From positions 2,393,334-2,457,333 of the forward strand of contig NC_057752.1 in the NCBI RefSeq assembly GCF_004010195.1: a stretch of 64,000 nucleotides of DNA. Reading direction: 5' to 3'. The notes below the pieces were generated by a model. It saw only the letters and a program-made list of their open reading frames with translations. It searched no databases and was not told where the DNA came from. Position 1 is the first letter of the stretch. Each line of letters begins with the position of its first letter. Of this stretch, positions 24,367-36,290 are shown in pieces. The position numbers and the translations under genes were made by a program. Source of the stretch: Chiloscyllium plagiosum. Lineage: Eukaryota.

Positions 24367-24482
24367 TCTGGATCAGTGGTGCTGGAAGAGCACAGCAATT
24401 CAGGCAGCATCCAAGGAGCTTCAAAATCGACGTTTCAGGCAAAAGCCCTTCATCAGGAATCCTCGTTTTACCTCGTTTTTAC
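24367..24482 (-). mobile_element. PLE derivative, one arm nearly deleted, 15-bp TSD
   Basis: TSD catcattcaccagct at 24352-24366 and 24483-24497; arm is the reverse complement of 22655-22725; ends gtttttac like the PLE at 22751-22758. Confidence 0.8.
24429..24456 (-). ncRNA. Minimal hammerhead ribozyme motif with intact core
   Basis: Minus strand CUGAUGA-A-GGGC-UUUU-GCCU-GAAA-C-GUC; palindromic ACGU at stem III; stem I very short. Confidence 0.65.
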
Positions 24483-24537
24483 CATCATTCACCAGCTGTC
24501 CAGCTAATTGAGCACGCAGATGTAACGGAACTGGCTA

Positions 24538-25165
24538 ATCATCATCATCATTAATGGTTCCTCACAGACCAGGATGACTCTCTCCCACTCTCAGGCTGAG
24601 TCCGTAAGTGGCTGTAGAGACCAGTGTGGCTACCACATGCTCTGTTACACTTGGGGCAGGTGATGGTTGTGGGAAGGGGGTGGGTGGGAAGTTGGTGTAG
24701 CAACGCACTCCTTTCCCTCCCCCCCCCCCCACCCCTGGCTTCCACTTTTCCCTGACAGCAGGTCTTGAGGTGCTTGACGCCTTCCAGGATGCTCCCCCTC
24801 CACTCTGGACAGTCTTGGCCCAGTGATTCCCAGGTGTCTGTAGGAATGCTGCCGGTGAGGCCTTGAGGGTCTCCCTGAAGCGCTTCCTCTGTCCACCTGG
24901 GGATCAAGGAGTGGGGGTGGGGGGGGGCAGTGGTCAGTGCTCCGATGCTGGAGATGTTGGCCTGGTCAAGGACACTGCTGTTGGTGCATCTGTCCTCCCA
25001 GCGGGTTGGCGGGATTTTGTGCAGGCAGTGTTGGTGGGACTACTCCAGCCCCTTGAGGTGTCCACATCTTAGAGCCCTATAGGAGGGTCCGAACCACCAC
25101 AGCTCTGTATACCATGATCTTGGTGTCGGATCTGATGTTGTTATCCTCCAACACCCTTTTCTTAA
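24538..25165 (-). mobile_element. RTE-clade (BovB-like) LINE 3' fragment
   Basis: HQHCLHKI...WEDRCTNSSVL; IPTDTWESLGQD..EWR; CPKCNRACGSHTGLYSHLRT; (TGA)n tail. Confidence 0.8.
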
Positions 25166-25607
25166 GCTTGAGCCTATTTTCTACACTTCCTTTGCTAATT
25201 GGTATCAGTAAATTCGACTCATGTCAATTAGACAGACTGGTGGAAGTGAATCTATCTTGGACATCTCAGTTGGTTCCAGTGGAAATGACCATAACGGATA
25301 TCATTCTGACAGAGGGACCATATATGCCAGGGGCATGTCTTAGGGGTCAATTTTAACACTCAGAGACCAAATTGAATTTTTTAAAAAAATCAGAAGCATG
25401 TCATTCTTGAGCATGCATATTGTAGCACAATTCTTCAATAAACCACACAAAACATAGAATGTATGGAGCCAAACCAAAGGTGAATGCTGTGCCCAAAACT
25501 TTACAGTGGCTCATTGTATTGTGCTGTGGTGTGCTGGAAGCGAAGGGTTAACTGTACCACTATAATAACATACAGTACAAACCACAGTACATGATAGCTA
25601 CTGCACA

Positions 25608-26135
25608 TATATTGCGTGCAATTCTGGTCTCCTTCCTATCGGAAAGATGTTGTGAAACTTGAAAGGGTTCAGAAAAGATTTACAAGGAAGTTGCCAGGGT
25701 TGGGGGATTTGAGCTACAGGGAGAGGCTGAACAGGCTGGGGCTGTTTTCCCTGGAGCATCGAAGGCTGAGGGGTGACCTTATAGAGGTTTACAAAATTAA
25801 GAGGGGCATGGATAGAGTAAATAGACAAAGTCTTTTCTGGAACTAGAGGGCATAGGTTTAGGGTGACAGGGAAAAGATATAAAAGAGACCTAAGGGGCAA
25901 CTTTTTCACACAGAGGGTGGTACGTGTATGGGATGAGCTGCCAGAGGAAGTGATGGAGGCTGGTACAATTGCAACACTTAAGAGGCATTTGGATGGGTAT
26001 ATGAATAGGAAGGGTTTGGAGGGATATGGGCTGGGTGCTGGCAGGTGTGATTAGATTGGGTTGGGATATCTGGTCGACATGGACGGGTTGGACCGAAGGG
26101 TCTGTTTCCGTGCTGTACATCTCTATGACTCTATG
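25608..26135 (+). mobile_element. CR1 LINE 3' fragment
   Basis: QFWSPSYRKDVVKLERVQKRF; ctctatgactctat tail. Confidence 0.9.
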
Positions 26136-26199
26136 TGCACAAAAAGCTATCCCAGAGAGAGAAAGAAAAGATGGTAAATCTTGGGAACAAGTGTGAAGT

Positions 26200-26365
26200 A
26201 AACACAGAGAATGCTGGAGAAACTCAGCAGGGCTGGCTGCCTCTGTAGTGAGAGAAAACCTTTCGAGTCTTATAGAACTTAAACATTAACTCTGTCTCTC
26301 TCCACAGACTTGCTAAGTTTCTCCAGCAATTCTCTGTTTGCTTTAGATTTCTAGTAATTTGCCTC
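26200..26365. mobile_element. Older palindromic PLE-derived remnant
   Basis: aaacacagagaatgctggagaaactcagca pairs with tgctaagtttctccagcaattctctgttt as inverted arms. Confidence 0.5.
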
Positions 26366-27640
26366 TATCCTTCCATACGATGCTTCTGTACATCATTATA
26401 AATGTTAATGATTTGCACTAGCCTTGTGTTCAGCCCTCCTATATCTCAAAATCCAAGAAGCTCCCAACTATATTCCTGTGACTTGCGTTCAGAGTGCATT
26501 TGTAGTCAGATCCCACTGTCTGCTACACAACCAGCAAGTGGCTTTTCCCAAGGGTAGGAAATGGGTACGAAAGGCACTTTCAGCCCACTTGGCAGCCAAA
26601 GAGAGTCGAGGCCACAACGTTGTCTTTAATTTGGCACGAACCACAACTGAACTCCCTCAGGAAGGGTCACGTAAGCTGCCAGTGTGGGAACAGAGACATT
26701 TTAGCTGGTACAACAGGCTGACATTGGAGGTCAGGTTGCACTGGGGCAGAGAACAGAGTGAGATTTAATCTGTTTCTGATCGACAATTGCTCAGTGTTTC
26801 CAATGTTGAGGAGCTCACCATTGTCATTTTGAGAGTTATACTGATAGGACAGTACTGTTCGTTTAAACCCATGCTACAGAATATTTTGACATTAAATGCC
26901 GTTAGTCAGGGAGTCAATACACAGGGCAAATTGGCAATGTTCCATTGTATATTTGAAACGCATTTTTCTCAAGGTTATGTATTATGGCACAGATTTAACA
27001 GAATGTGTGGAATGAGAGTCAAGCAGAGGGATATTGCTGTTTTATGTTGCCTTGCGTTTGACATTGGAGATCCTGAATTCCAAGAGACCAACCGGATCGC
27101 TCAGTGATCCCAGTCCTCCTGGTTTGAGACTCAAAGTTGAAGAATGTTCTTTTTTCCCAAGAAAAAGCAAACAGGTTTAAAATGTTAACTGCTAAAGCCG
27201 ACTGATCTCTGTCAAGGATACACTGAGACTTATCGCTATAGAGCCTACACTGCTGCTGTTAAAGAAGGCAGGCAACACAATGGGTGGAATTTTATTTCTT
27301 AAGGCAAAGTGTGGAAGGGGGCTTAAATGCAAGTGGTACTGACCCCCCCCACTGGGACATTCCAGGCTCCAACCAGCCCCTGGACAGTGCTCTCTCTCTC
27401 TCTCTCTCTCTGCAACCCAGTAGCATCCATCATTCTCTGTCCATCTCTCACCATCCATCCCTGGAGATGGCAGAGACTGGGCACCATCCTTCAGTGATAC
27501 TTCTCAAGAGGTTTTCCAGTAGGCTGCCCAGAAGAGAAGGGAAGTTCTTTTCCCTGTGGCCACCCTGACTGATGGGAGGCAACCTGGACAGAGGTAGCTC
27601 TGATTGTCTGCCCCCCGCCCTCCCTCCCAAAGGGTGGCAG

Positions 27641-27895
27641 TGACAGCAAGCCAGGCTGCGTATGACTGAGACAGGGCATGAACTGATCAACATGGAGAGG
27701 CATCACCCCTAACACTATGAGGATTCAATGACAACAAGCCAGGCAGTGTATGACAGAGACTGCACGTGAGCTGATCCACATGTAGAGGCACCACCTCTGA
27801 CACTGTGAGGCTTCAATGACAACCAGCCAGGCTGTGTACGACAGAGACTGCACGTGAGCTGATCAACATGGAGAGGCATCACCTTTAACACTGTA
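27641..27895. repeat. 88-bp tandem repeat, ~2.9 copies
   Basis: Unit starts at 27641, 27729 and 27817. Confidence 0.85.
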
Positions 27896-28124
27896 AGTTT
27901 GTGTGCAGGAACACCTTGGTTATAAAGCAGCCAAGTATCTACCTAGCTAGGATTCTGAGAATGAATTAGCAAAACTTTGACCTACCACCAGAAAAGTGTT
28001 TTCTGGCATTTATTTTGTCCGACACTGTTAAAATGAGCAACTATAGGCCAAGTGGGAGCCATTTAAATTCAGAATGTTTGGAGAACAGAAAAGTGGTAGG
28101 AGTGGATTAAGAGTTGCCTTTCAG

Positions 28125-28300
28125 AAAGTTTTCTCATTCATACGTGGGATGTGGGTGTCACTGGCTGGGCCCAGCGTTTATTGTCCTGTCCATGGTTGCC
28201 CTGGAGAAGGTTTTGGGGGTGAGCGGCATTCTTGAATCGCTGTAGTCCATGTGCTGGAGGTAGACCCACAATGCTGTTGAAGTGGATGGATAGGAGCATT
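28125..28300 (-). mobile_element. 3' tail of the second (CR1/L2-group) LINE family
   Basis: Reverse complement of the tail at 57020-57145. Confidence 0.75.
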
Positions 28301-28539
28301 CAACTTTCTGATTGTTTCACAGACAAAGGAGCAAGATCTAAGAAACTGGTGGACATGTTGGAAAAAGGACACTTGGCATGTTAATGTGCAAAGAAAAAGA
28401 ACTGGGAATGTAACGTTGTTATTGTGTACTTTTAAAATTATATTTACAGATTTATTTAAAAGGAAAAAGGGATTCTGTTATCATTTATTAAAGCTTGAAG
28501 GAATGTCTGAAAACAAATGAAATGAGAGAACATTTTGAA

Positions 28540-29160
28540 CTCTTGCCTTGATTGCTCGGTCTTTTGAGTTTCGGAGTTGAGATGTCATGTTGAGGTTGTA
28601 CAGGATGTTGGTGAGGCCTTTACTGGAATACTGTGTCCAGTTCTGGTCGCCCTGTTGTAGGAAGGATATTATTAATCTGGAGAGGGTTCAGAAGAGATTT
28701 ACCAGGATGTTGTCTAGTATGGAAGGTTTCACTTATAAAGAAAGGCTGGAACATTTTTCACTGGAGTGTAGGAAGTTGAGAGGTGACCTTATAGAAGTTT
28801 ATAAAATCATGACAGGCATATATAGGGTTAATGGTAGGTGTCTTTTCCCTAGGATGGGGGATTTCAAGACTCGGGGCACATTTTAAGGTGAGAGGAGAGA
28901 GATTTTAAAAAAGAGGTTTAATAAGAGGTAACCTTTTTACACAGCGAGTGGTTCGCGTGTGGAATGAACTTCCTGAGGATGAACCTCTTGGATATGGGTA
29001 CAGATACATGTAAAAGATATTTGGATAAGTACATGACTAGGAAAGGTTTGGAAGGATATGGGCCGGGGGCAGGCAGCTGGGACTAGTTTAGTTTGGGATT
29101 ATGGTCGGCATGGACTGGTTGGTCTGAAGAGTCTGTTTCCGTGCTTTGGGTCTCCATGAT
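28540..29160 (+). mobile_element. CR1 LINE 3' fragment
   Basis: ORF 28587..28886 is the CR1 ORF2 C-terminus. Confidence 0.9.
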
Positions 29161-29539
29161 GAATATATTAATAAATGTTGATTGTCTAAGTATGGATATC
29201 TGAGGGGTAATGGGTCCTGGACCATGGATGGTGCAATTTGAATGCCAGTGACAGATTTCCGCATCATTTATCAGCTGTTTGCCCTGAGGCCATTAGTAAT
29301 GGTGAGAGTCACAGATCATGAGGTGGGTGGAAGTTTGGGGGGCATGGGAGATTATTCTTCCCAGAATAAGTTGCATCTAAGGTTGCCTTCAGAATTCTCG
29401 GCCATGATTCCAGTCTAAGTTGCCCTGTGGAGTGCACTTCCACTAGTCAGTGCTTTGTACATCCAGGCATATTTCCTTCTCATCTCTGTCTTCAGTTGGT
29501 GATCTCTTATTCCGATTCCCTTTGGTCGTAGACTCTCCC

Positions 29540-29820
29540 ACAACCTTTCAGCATCTCCCCTGTCAAGTCCCCGAAGAAAACTGTGTTTCACTAAGGTTGT
29601 CTCTCATTCTTCTAAACTCTAGTGAGTACAGGCCCAACCCACTCAACATCTCCTCATAAGACAGTCCCTCCATACCTAGGATGTTCTGTGCACCTTCTCT
29701 GGACTGCCTCCAATTTCAGGATATCTTTCCTTAGTTAAGGGACCCCAAAACCGTTCAGATTTCCAGCTGTGCTCCAACTAGTGCCTTGTATAGATTTAGC
29801 AAAACCTCCCTACTTTTACG
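29540..29820 (-). mobile_element. Decayed CR1 fragment
   Basis: tctctcattcttctaaactctagtgagtacaggcccaacc is the reverse complement of LGLYSLEFRRMR. Confidence 0.7.
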
Positions 29821-30709
29821 CAGCGTTGTGTGAAAGAGTTGCAGAGATGTGAGTCTGTGATTTTTCCCAACAACTCTGGTGACTTCCTCGCCAGACTCCT
29901 CATCAATAATGTACCGCACTATATTTCTCTTGTTTTGACTTTGTGTGCCCTGTCATATTTCCTGCCTGAACATGTCCTTTATTTAAAAAAAAATAGTTCT
30001 CAAGATGGTTTGAAATGTAAAATTATAGCTTTGGTAAAACGATCCTTTCCTGTAATCTGGAACTACTCTGGCTGCCGGGAATGTGTCAGGTTAACTTGCA
30101 GCAGAGGGCTTGCATACCACAATGCAATAAACAATAATTAGTGCAATATAATAGAACAGAAAGAAGACAACCCATCCTTAACTTAATCAGCAGATCGTAA
30201 AATAATCATAGTTTTTACTTGCTGCTGTGAAAGATTGCTGATATTGCAACATAATATGCAGCATATAATTTACAGGAACAATTCATTGAGGTAGAAGCAC
30301 AGGAATTTCATGATTCGCACATTCTCTGTCGCATTCCTGAGTGAGTAGGCCCCGAATTTAACTCCAGGCCTGTTTTTGGGGTGCAGGTTTTGATGTCTGT
30401 TCACAGCTCACCAAATGCAGGACGTATAAATGTGTCATTTCACATCTCAGGACTCATTTGAATGGGGCACCTTTTTGACCTGCAGGGCAAGTGGGTGAAT
30501 GGCACCCGCAGCTGGTTGGGCTGGCAGAAGGAGAGGAACTCCCTCACTATCGGGAGGGTCGGGGAACCAATGTATATTTTGTGGAGCCTGTAGGTTCTGG
30601 TCCACTTCCACACTGAGGGGGACTGCTTGTGACACCGCCCCCCCCCTTTCAGGTCCTCTGCCCAATGACACCATGGTAACGCAAAATGCCTATGTGAGAG
30701 AAGACTTTT

Positions 30710-31170
30710 TTTTAAGATTCATTCGTGGGCATTATGTTGTGTGAGTGTTGCTGGCTGGGCCAGCCTTTAATGCTTTGTCCCTAGTTGCCCCTTGAGAGGG
30801 TGGGGGTGAGCTGCCTCCTTGAACTACTGCAATCCATGTGCTGTGGGTTGACCCACTGACGCTGAAGGAACGGTGATATATTTCCAAGTCAGGATGGTGT
30901 GAGGCTTGGAGGGGAACTTGAAGGTGGTGGTGTTCCCATGTATCTGCTGCCCTTGTCTTTCTAGATAGAAGTGGTCATGGGTTTGGAAGGTGCAGTTTGA
31001 CGATCTTTGGTGAATGTCTGTACAGTACATCTTATAGATGGTACACACTGCTGCTACTGAGTGTTGGTGGTGGAGGGAGTGGATGCTTGTGGATGTGGTG
31101 CCAATCAAGGGCTGCTTTATCCTGGATGGTGTCGAGTTTCTTGAGTGTTGTTGGGGCTACACTCATTCAA
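30710..31170 (-). mobile_element. Second LINE family, 3' fragment
   Basis: IHSLHHQHSVAAVCTIYKM; matches 42555-42945 and 56880-57145. Confidence 0.8.
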
Positions 31171-31677
31171 CATTCAGTTTTGGGTGGGTGTCCTTTTCTG
31201 CCTCTCAGTCAAGGAGCTGGAAGTTTGAGCAGGTCAGTGACCTGGAAGATTTTTAGCTATATGTTTATTTGGAGACACTCATGAGACTTCACACATGATT
31301 ATCCTGCAGAGGACATTTCCATCTTAAGCTTCTCTTGCTCTGACCTTACAGCAGAGTCTCTGTCACATGACCCGGATGTTCTGTCACAGTACACCTCGGA
31401 GGCTTGTCTGCATGTTCCTCTAACCCGCTCCATCCAATTGACCTCGTCTTCCTCGTTCCCTCAGACACCCTGTACCATCTCCCTCTGGCACAGAGCATTA
31501 GAATCACTGCCTCAGACTTGACCTATTATGCTACAATTTCACTCTTGTGTACCCCAGACGGCATTGTTACAACTCACTGGGGAAACATGCTGGAAATCAA
31601 GCCCCAGCTTCCCAGAGTCATCATAAAAGTTGAAGATTTTAAAATGAACAAAATTCCCCAGTTTACCTGTTTTTCAG

Positions 31678-31749
31678 ACATAGGTTGCCACAAATCATGG
31701 ACATGGTTTCTGTACTTAACAAGAATCACTGTTCATGATAAAACTGCAG
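31678..31749 (+). other. Candidate 72-nt exon (unassigned)
   Basis: cctgtttttcag acceptor and CAG|GTAAGC donor; one open frame. Confidence 0.2.
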
Positions 31750-31759
31750 GTAAGCAGTT

Positions 31760-32035
31760 TTACACACACACACACTCTCACAGACTCTCTCACACGCACA
31801 ACACTCTGTCTCTCACACACAAGACATGCAGACACAAATACTCTCACACACACAGCACACACAACTCACACACACTGTCACACACACAGACACAAACACA
31901 CACACACACACACAAAAAGCTCTCTCACATACACACACACACATACATGCACTCTCTTTCAAACACACACAGACACACACACAACACACATTCACACACT
32001 CTCACACATACTCTCTTACCCCCACACACACACAT
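31760..32035. repeat. Degenerate (CA)n/(CT)n microsatellite
   Basis: Seen directly. Confidence 0.95.
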
Positions 32036-33929
32036 TGTACAGTGGTTTTTATTCATGGGTTGCTGAGATTGTGATTCTTAAGCTGGTCAAGACATTGTTT
32101 TACAATCCTCTTTCTCAGGTTGCATCCACTGATTTGCAGAAGGCACAAGGTGGCTTAAAGAAGGTCTCTGACTTATCAGTAAGGGCTCACAGCTTACAAC
32201 AACTGCTGAAGGAAAGATGAATTGGTTTTCTTCATGTTCAAAAATGGGCTTTTGACTGCAGAGAACAGAGAGACCGCTCCTAAGCTGATGGAGATCAAAA
32301 CACTGCTCCCTACCTCTTCCCAGTCCAAGCTGTTCAGTTACGTGGCCACTATTCATGTGGTTGTTTAGGGCAAAGGGCTCTTGTCATTGATAACTCATCA
32401 CTCGTCCGTGCTTCTTGTTATCAAATAGTTGCATATGTGCACAGATGCCCTCAGCTCCAGGTCATCTGCAACCACTTTAGCTTACCCCATTTGATGGTTG
32501 TTTACATGATGCCAGCCATAAGTGTTGGGTTATTTGCTTTTAAAAACAGGCAGTAACTCTTTAAAACATTCTTTTTAGATCAGTGTTTTCTCATTTCAGT
32601 CCACAATTTTCAAAAGCGCAAAAAATAAGAAGATGCAGCTATTACAGTATGTATGTCAAAAAATTCTCCCTGAATGTTATTCTGAAAGAACATTAACAAT
32701 CAACATAACTGGGACAGTCTTCTTGCTTTAGAATGCAGCTTCTATCTCTTCATCTCTGTTCTGTCCTCTTGTTGCTTTTGTCCTCATATCCCTCTCAGTC
32801 TCTCGCTCTCAAACAGGAGATCAGGGGAGAGAAGGTGCAAAGATACAAATTAGCAATGACCTATCGGTTTTCTTTTCCTGGGTGACGATTGTACGCAGTT
32901 GATGCTTTAAAAAGCCACAAGGTGATGACCGTGGTGTCAGTCAATTGGCACACTTCATGCAGTCTCCATTAGTGCTGATTGATCTGACTTCTGATGTGAG
33001 GAGGAATCGATATGTGGCACTTCCAGTAAATCCTGGGAGTTTGTAATGGAAAAACACTGAACTGCGCAACAGGTGAGCCAGCACCAAAAAGTGAAATGCA
33101 ATTTGCATTTATCTGCATTTCTTATGGGACAGAATTCAGTGCCAGTTTTCATGTTGACATAGGAAGGGCCCTTGCTGAATATGGTGCAGAGCAGAGCATT
33201 GGTGGTTGTTGTTGATAGCAACAGCTTTTCCATTGAGACAAGAAGCCATCAATTCATACCTGGTTGTGTACAGTATTGGTCCCCTGACCCAAGAGTAAAT
33301 ACACCTGCCATTGAGGTAATGTAATGGAGGTTCAGCAGACAAATCCCTAAGATGGCAGGATTTTCCTTTGAGGACAGACTGAGGAGATGGAGGTTTGTAT
33401 TCTCTAGAGTTTAGGAGAATGGGAGATGACCTCAAGTACAGGAAACCTTTTAGTAACCAGCATCTACGGGACCAGGAGTGTACCAGCTGATCAAATATTC
33501 CAGATAATCAAGGGGTCAACATAATCAATGTAAAAACACTCAGTAAGTAATAGAAACAGAAAGCAGAGGGGATCTACATCGTTATTAGACTTTATTTACA
33601 GCATGAATTACTTAAATAATGATGCAACTTTATAAAACTTACTGGCAGAGAGCCTTCTTACTCACACCCTCAACTGACCTCTCATATTCGAGGAGAAATT
33701 GACTCATGAATCAACTGTTGATATTTCGTTTGGCCATTCGATTGAACAAGTACATTTACAATGAGGTAAATAAATTTTTAAATGATAAGAATTGAACAAA
33801 ATAACACAATAAACGATATGGTATATAATTTTTGCTGGTTTATCAAGAGTGCCAATTCATAAGGTGCTCATTAAAACGTTTTCTGTATATAACATTCAGA
33901 ACAGGACAGATGCACAAAGGGTGCAGTCT

Positions 33930-34230
33930 AACACCAGAGAACACAGGCTCGGGAATGAGGGGCAGGCCATTTCAGTCTGAGATGAGGAGAGTTCTCTTCA
34001 CTCCGAGGGGGGTGAATCTTGAAAATTCTCTACCCCAGAGGACAGTGGAAGCTCACTCACTGAGTATGTTCAGAACTGAGATCAATAGGTTTCTAGAGGT
34101 TAAAGATCTCATGAAATGGGGATTGAGTAGAAAATGGTGCAAAGGCAGAAGATCAGCCATGGTCTGTTTGGATGGCAAGGCAGGCTCGATGGGCTGATTG
34201 GCCTACTGTTGCTCCACTTTCCTGGCTTCC
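33930..34230 (+). mobile_element. Older CR1 3' end
   Basis: FTPRGVNLENSLPQRTVEA plus UTR. Confidence 0.75.
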
Positions 34231-34239
34231 AATGTTAGT

Positions 34240-34820
34240 ACCTCATACTAACCTGAATACTAACACTACCCAGGTAGTCTTCTGGGTACTTAAGTTCAAA
34301 TCCCGTCCATGGCAAATCCATCTGGTTCAAAAGGCATTTGGATGGGTATATGAATAGGAAGGGTTTGGAGGGATATGGGCCAAGTGCTGGCAGGTGGGAC
34401 TAGATTGGGTTGGGATATCTGGTCGGCATAAACGGGTTGGACCGAAGGGTCTGTTTCCATGCTGTACATCTCTATGACTAATGTCCTGCAGGAAAGGAAA
34501 TCTGCCAATCTCACCTGGTCTGGTCTAATGTGACTCCAGACCCACAGCAATGTGGTTGACTCTCAACTGCCCTCTGAAATAGTCACTCAGTGCTACCAAT
34601 CGCTACAAAGTCTCAAAGAAATGAAATTGGAGGATCATCTGGCATCAACATTGGCACCGGTACAGCCCTGTCAACCCAGCAAAGTCCTCCTCACCAACAG
34701 CTGGGGGCTGGTGCCAAAATTAGGAGAGCTGTCTCATAACCTGCTCAGTGATGCCCAATTTGGGTTCTGCCAGGGCCACTGAGCTCCTGACCTCATTACA
34801 GCCAATTTTCAAACATGGTT
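34240..34820 (+). mobile_element. tRNA-headed, internally deleted copy of the second LINE family, interrupted by a CR1 3' end (34330-34477)
   Basis: B box gttcaaatcc; body shared with the SINE at 43505; then KVLLTNSWGLVPKLGELSH joined to NLLSDAQFGF, matching 55730-55810. Confidence 0.7.
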
Positions 34821-35275
34821 AGAGACAAAAAAATTGCAGATGCTGGAATCCAAGGTAGACTTATTATTCCAGCCTCCTACCTTGGCTCAAAGATGGACAA
34901 AAAAGCTGATTTCCAGCGGGGATAGGTGAATACAGGGAGACAGTACGACCTGGTTGGTCAACGGGAGGAATGAATCTAATTGGTGGCAGGGAGGTGGTGG
35001 GGCCTGGGAAGGGAGTCGGGGATGGAAAGGGAGAATATTTGAAATCTGACTCCCTTCCCAGCCTCTCCCCCTTCCTGCCACCAACCAGATTCATTCCTCC
35101 CATTGACCAACCAGGTCGTACCCTCTGCCTTCTTCACCTATCCCCATTTCTTCACCCTGCCCCTGCCACCCCCTTTATCTGCAGTTCGCCCCACACCCAC
35201 CCCCAGACATCTCCACTTCCTGATGCTGCCTGGCTTGCTGTGTTCTTCCAGCCTCCTGCCTGCCTCGTAGTCTGA
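34820..35275. mobile_element. PLE remnant with internal inverted repeat
   Basis: ~34918-35030 is the reverse complement of ~35048-35145; PLE-type tail gatgctgcctggcttgctgtgttcttccagc. Confidence 0.65.
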
Positions 35276-35384
35276 GGCTCACTATTTAGTAGAATTACCT
35301 CACGTAAAGTGCTGAAGTCAGACACTTTCCCAATCTATCTGTGATTAAAAACCTATACCAGAGAGAAACGATTTATCATTTATC

Positions 35385-35518
35385 AGTTTAGCCATGGGAA
35401 ACATAGAGTTACAGGGATAGGGTAGAGGGGGTGGTGAGTCCAGGTGGGATGTTCTTCAGAGGGCTGGTGTGGACTTGTTGGACTGAATGGCCTGTTTCCA
35501 CACTATAGGGATTCTGTG
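35385..35518 (+). mobile_element. V-SINE 3' tail fragment
   Basis: ggacttgttggactgaatggcctgtttccacactatagggattct. Confidence 0.7.
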
Positions 35519-35624
35519 AAAAGAATGATTTTAAACAAATGTTTATAATGGGACTATCTGAAGGCGAAGAACTGAGAGAATTTCATTGGGCTGGTCTATG
35601 TTGAGAGCACCCCACCCCCATTTC

Positions 35625-36290
35625 TCCATTGAAGTTGACAGGACAGGTGGAGAGAGCAGTTAATAAAGCACACAGTGTCCTCAGCTTTATTAATAGGGAC
35701 ATAGAGTACAAGAGCAGGGAGGTGATGTTGAACTTGTACAAGACCCTTGTTAGACCTCAGCTGGAGGGTTGTGTCCAGTTGTGGGCCCCACACTATAGGA
35801 ATGGTGTGAACACATTGGAGAGAGAGGGCAGAAGGGATTTACCAGAATGGTTCCAGGGATGAGAAACTTCAGTGAGGAGGAGAGATTGAAGATATTGGGA
35901 CTGTTCTCCTTGGAGAGAAGAAGGCTGAGAGGGAGATCTGAGAGAGGGTTCCAACATCATGGGGGAGGGGCTGGACAGAATAGATCGGGAGAAACTGTTC
36001 CCACATGGAAAAGGAACAGGAACGAGAGGGTCAGAGATTGAAGGGGATGAAGTGAGGGAGAGGTGAGGAAAACCTTTCTCCCCCAGCGAGTAGTTAGGGT
36101 CTGGAATGTACTGCCTGGGAATGTGGGGGAGGCAGATTCCATTGAGGTATTCAAGAGGGACATTGGATGGTTATTGGGATAGAAATGGGGTACACGGTTA
36201 CGGCACTAGGCAACAATGGTCATTTGAAGAGCTGAAGCAGTCACAATGGGCTGAATGGTCTCCTGTGTTGTGACAATTCTGTGATTCTGT
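35625..36290 (+). mobile_element. CR1 LINE 3' fragment, different subfamily
   Basis: LYKTLVRPQLEGCVQLWAPHYR. Confidence 0.85.

Noticed and set aside
31404..32220. His/Thr-rich ORFs
   Set aside because: Translation of the (CA)n microsatellite.
32817..32845. Collagen-like GDQGREGAK after a pyrimidine tract
   Set aside because: Only three Gly-X-Y triplets, no good donor and no other collagen exons.
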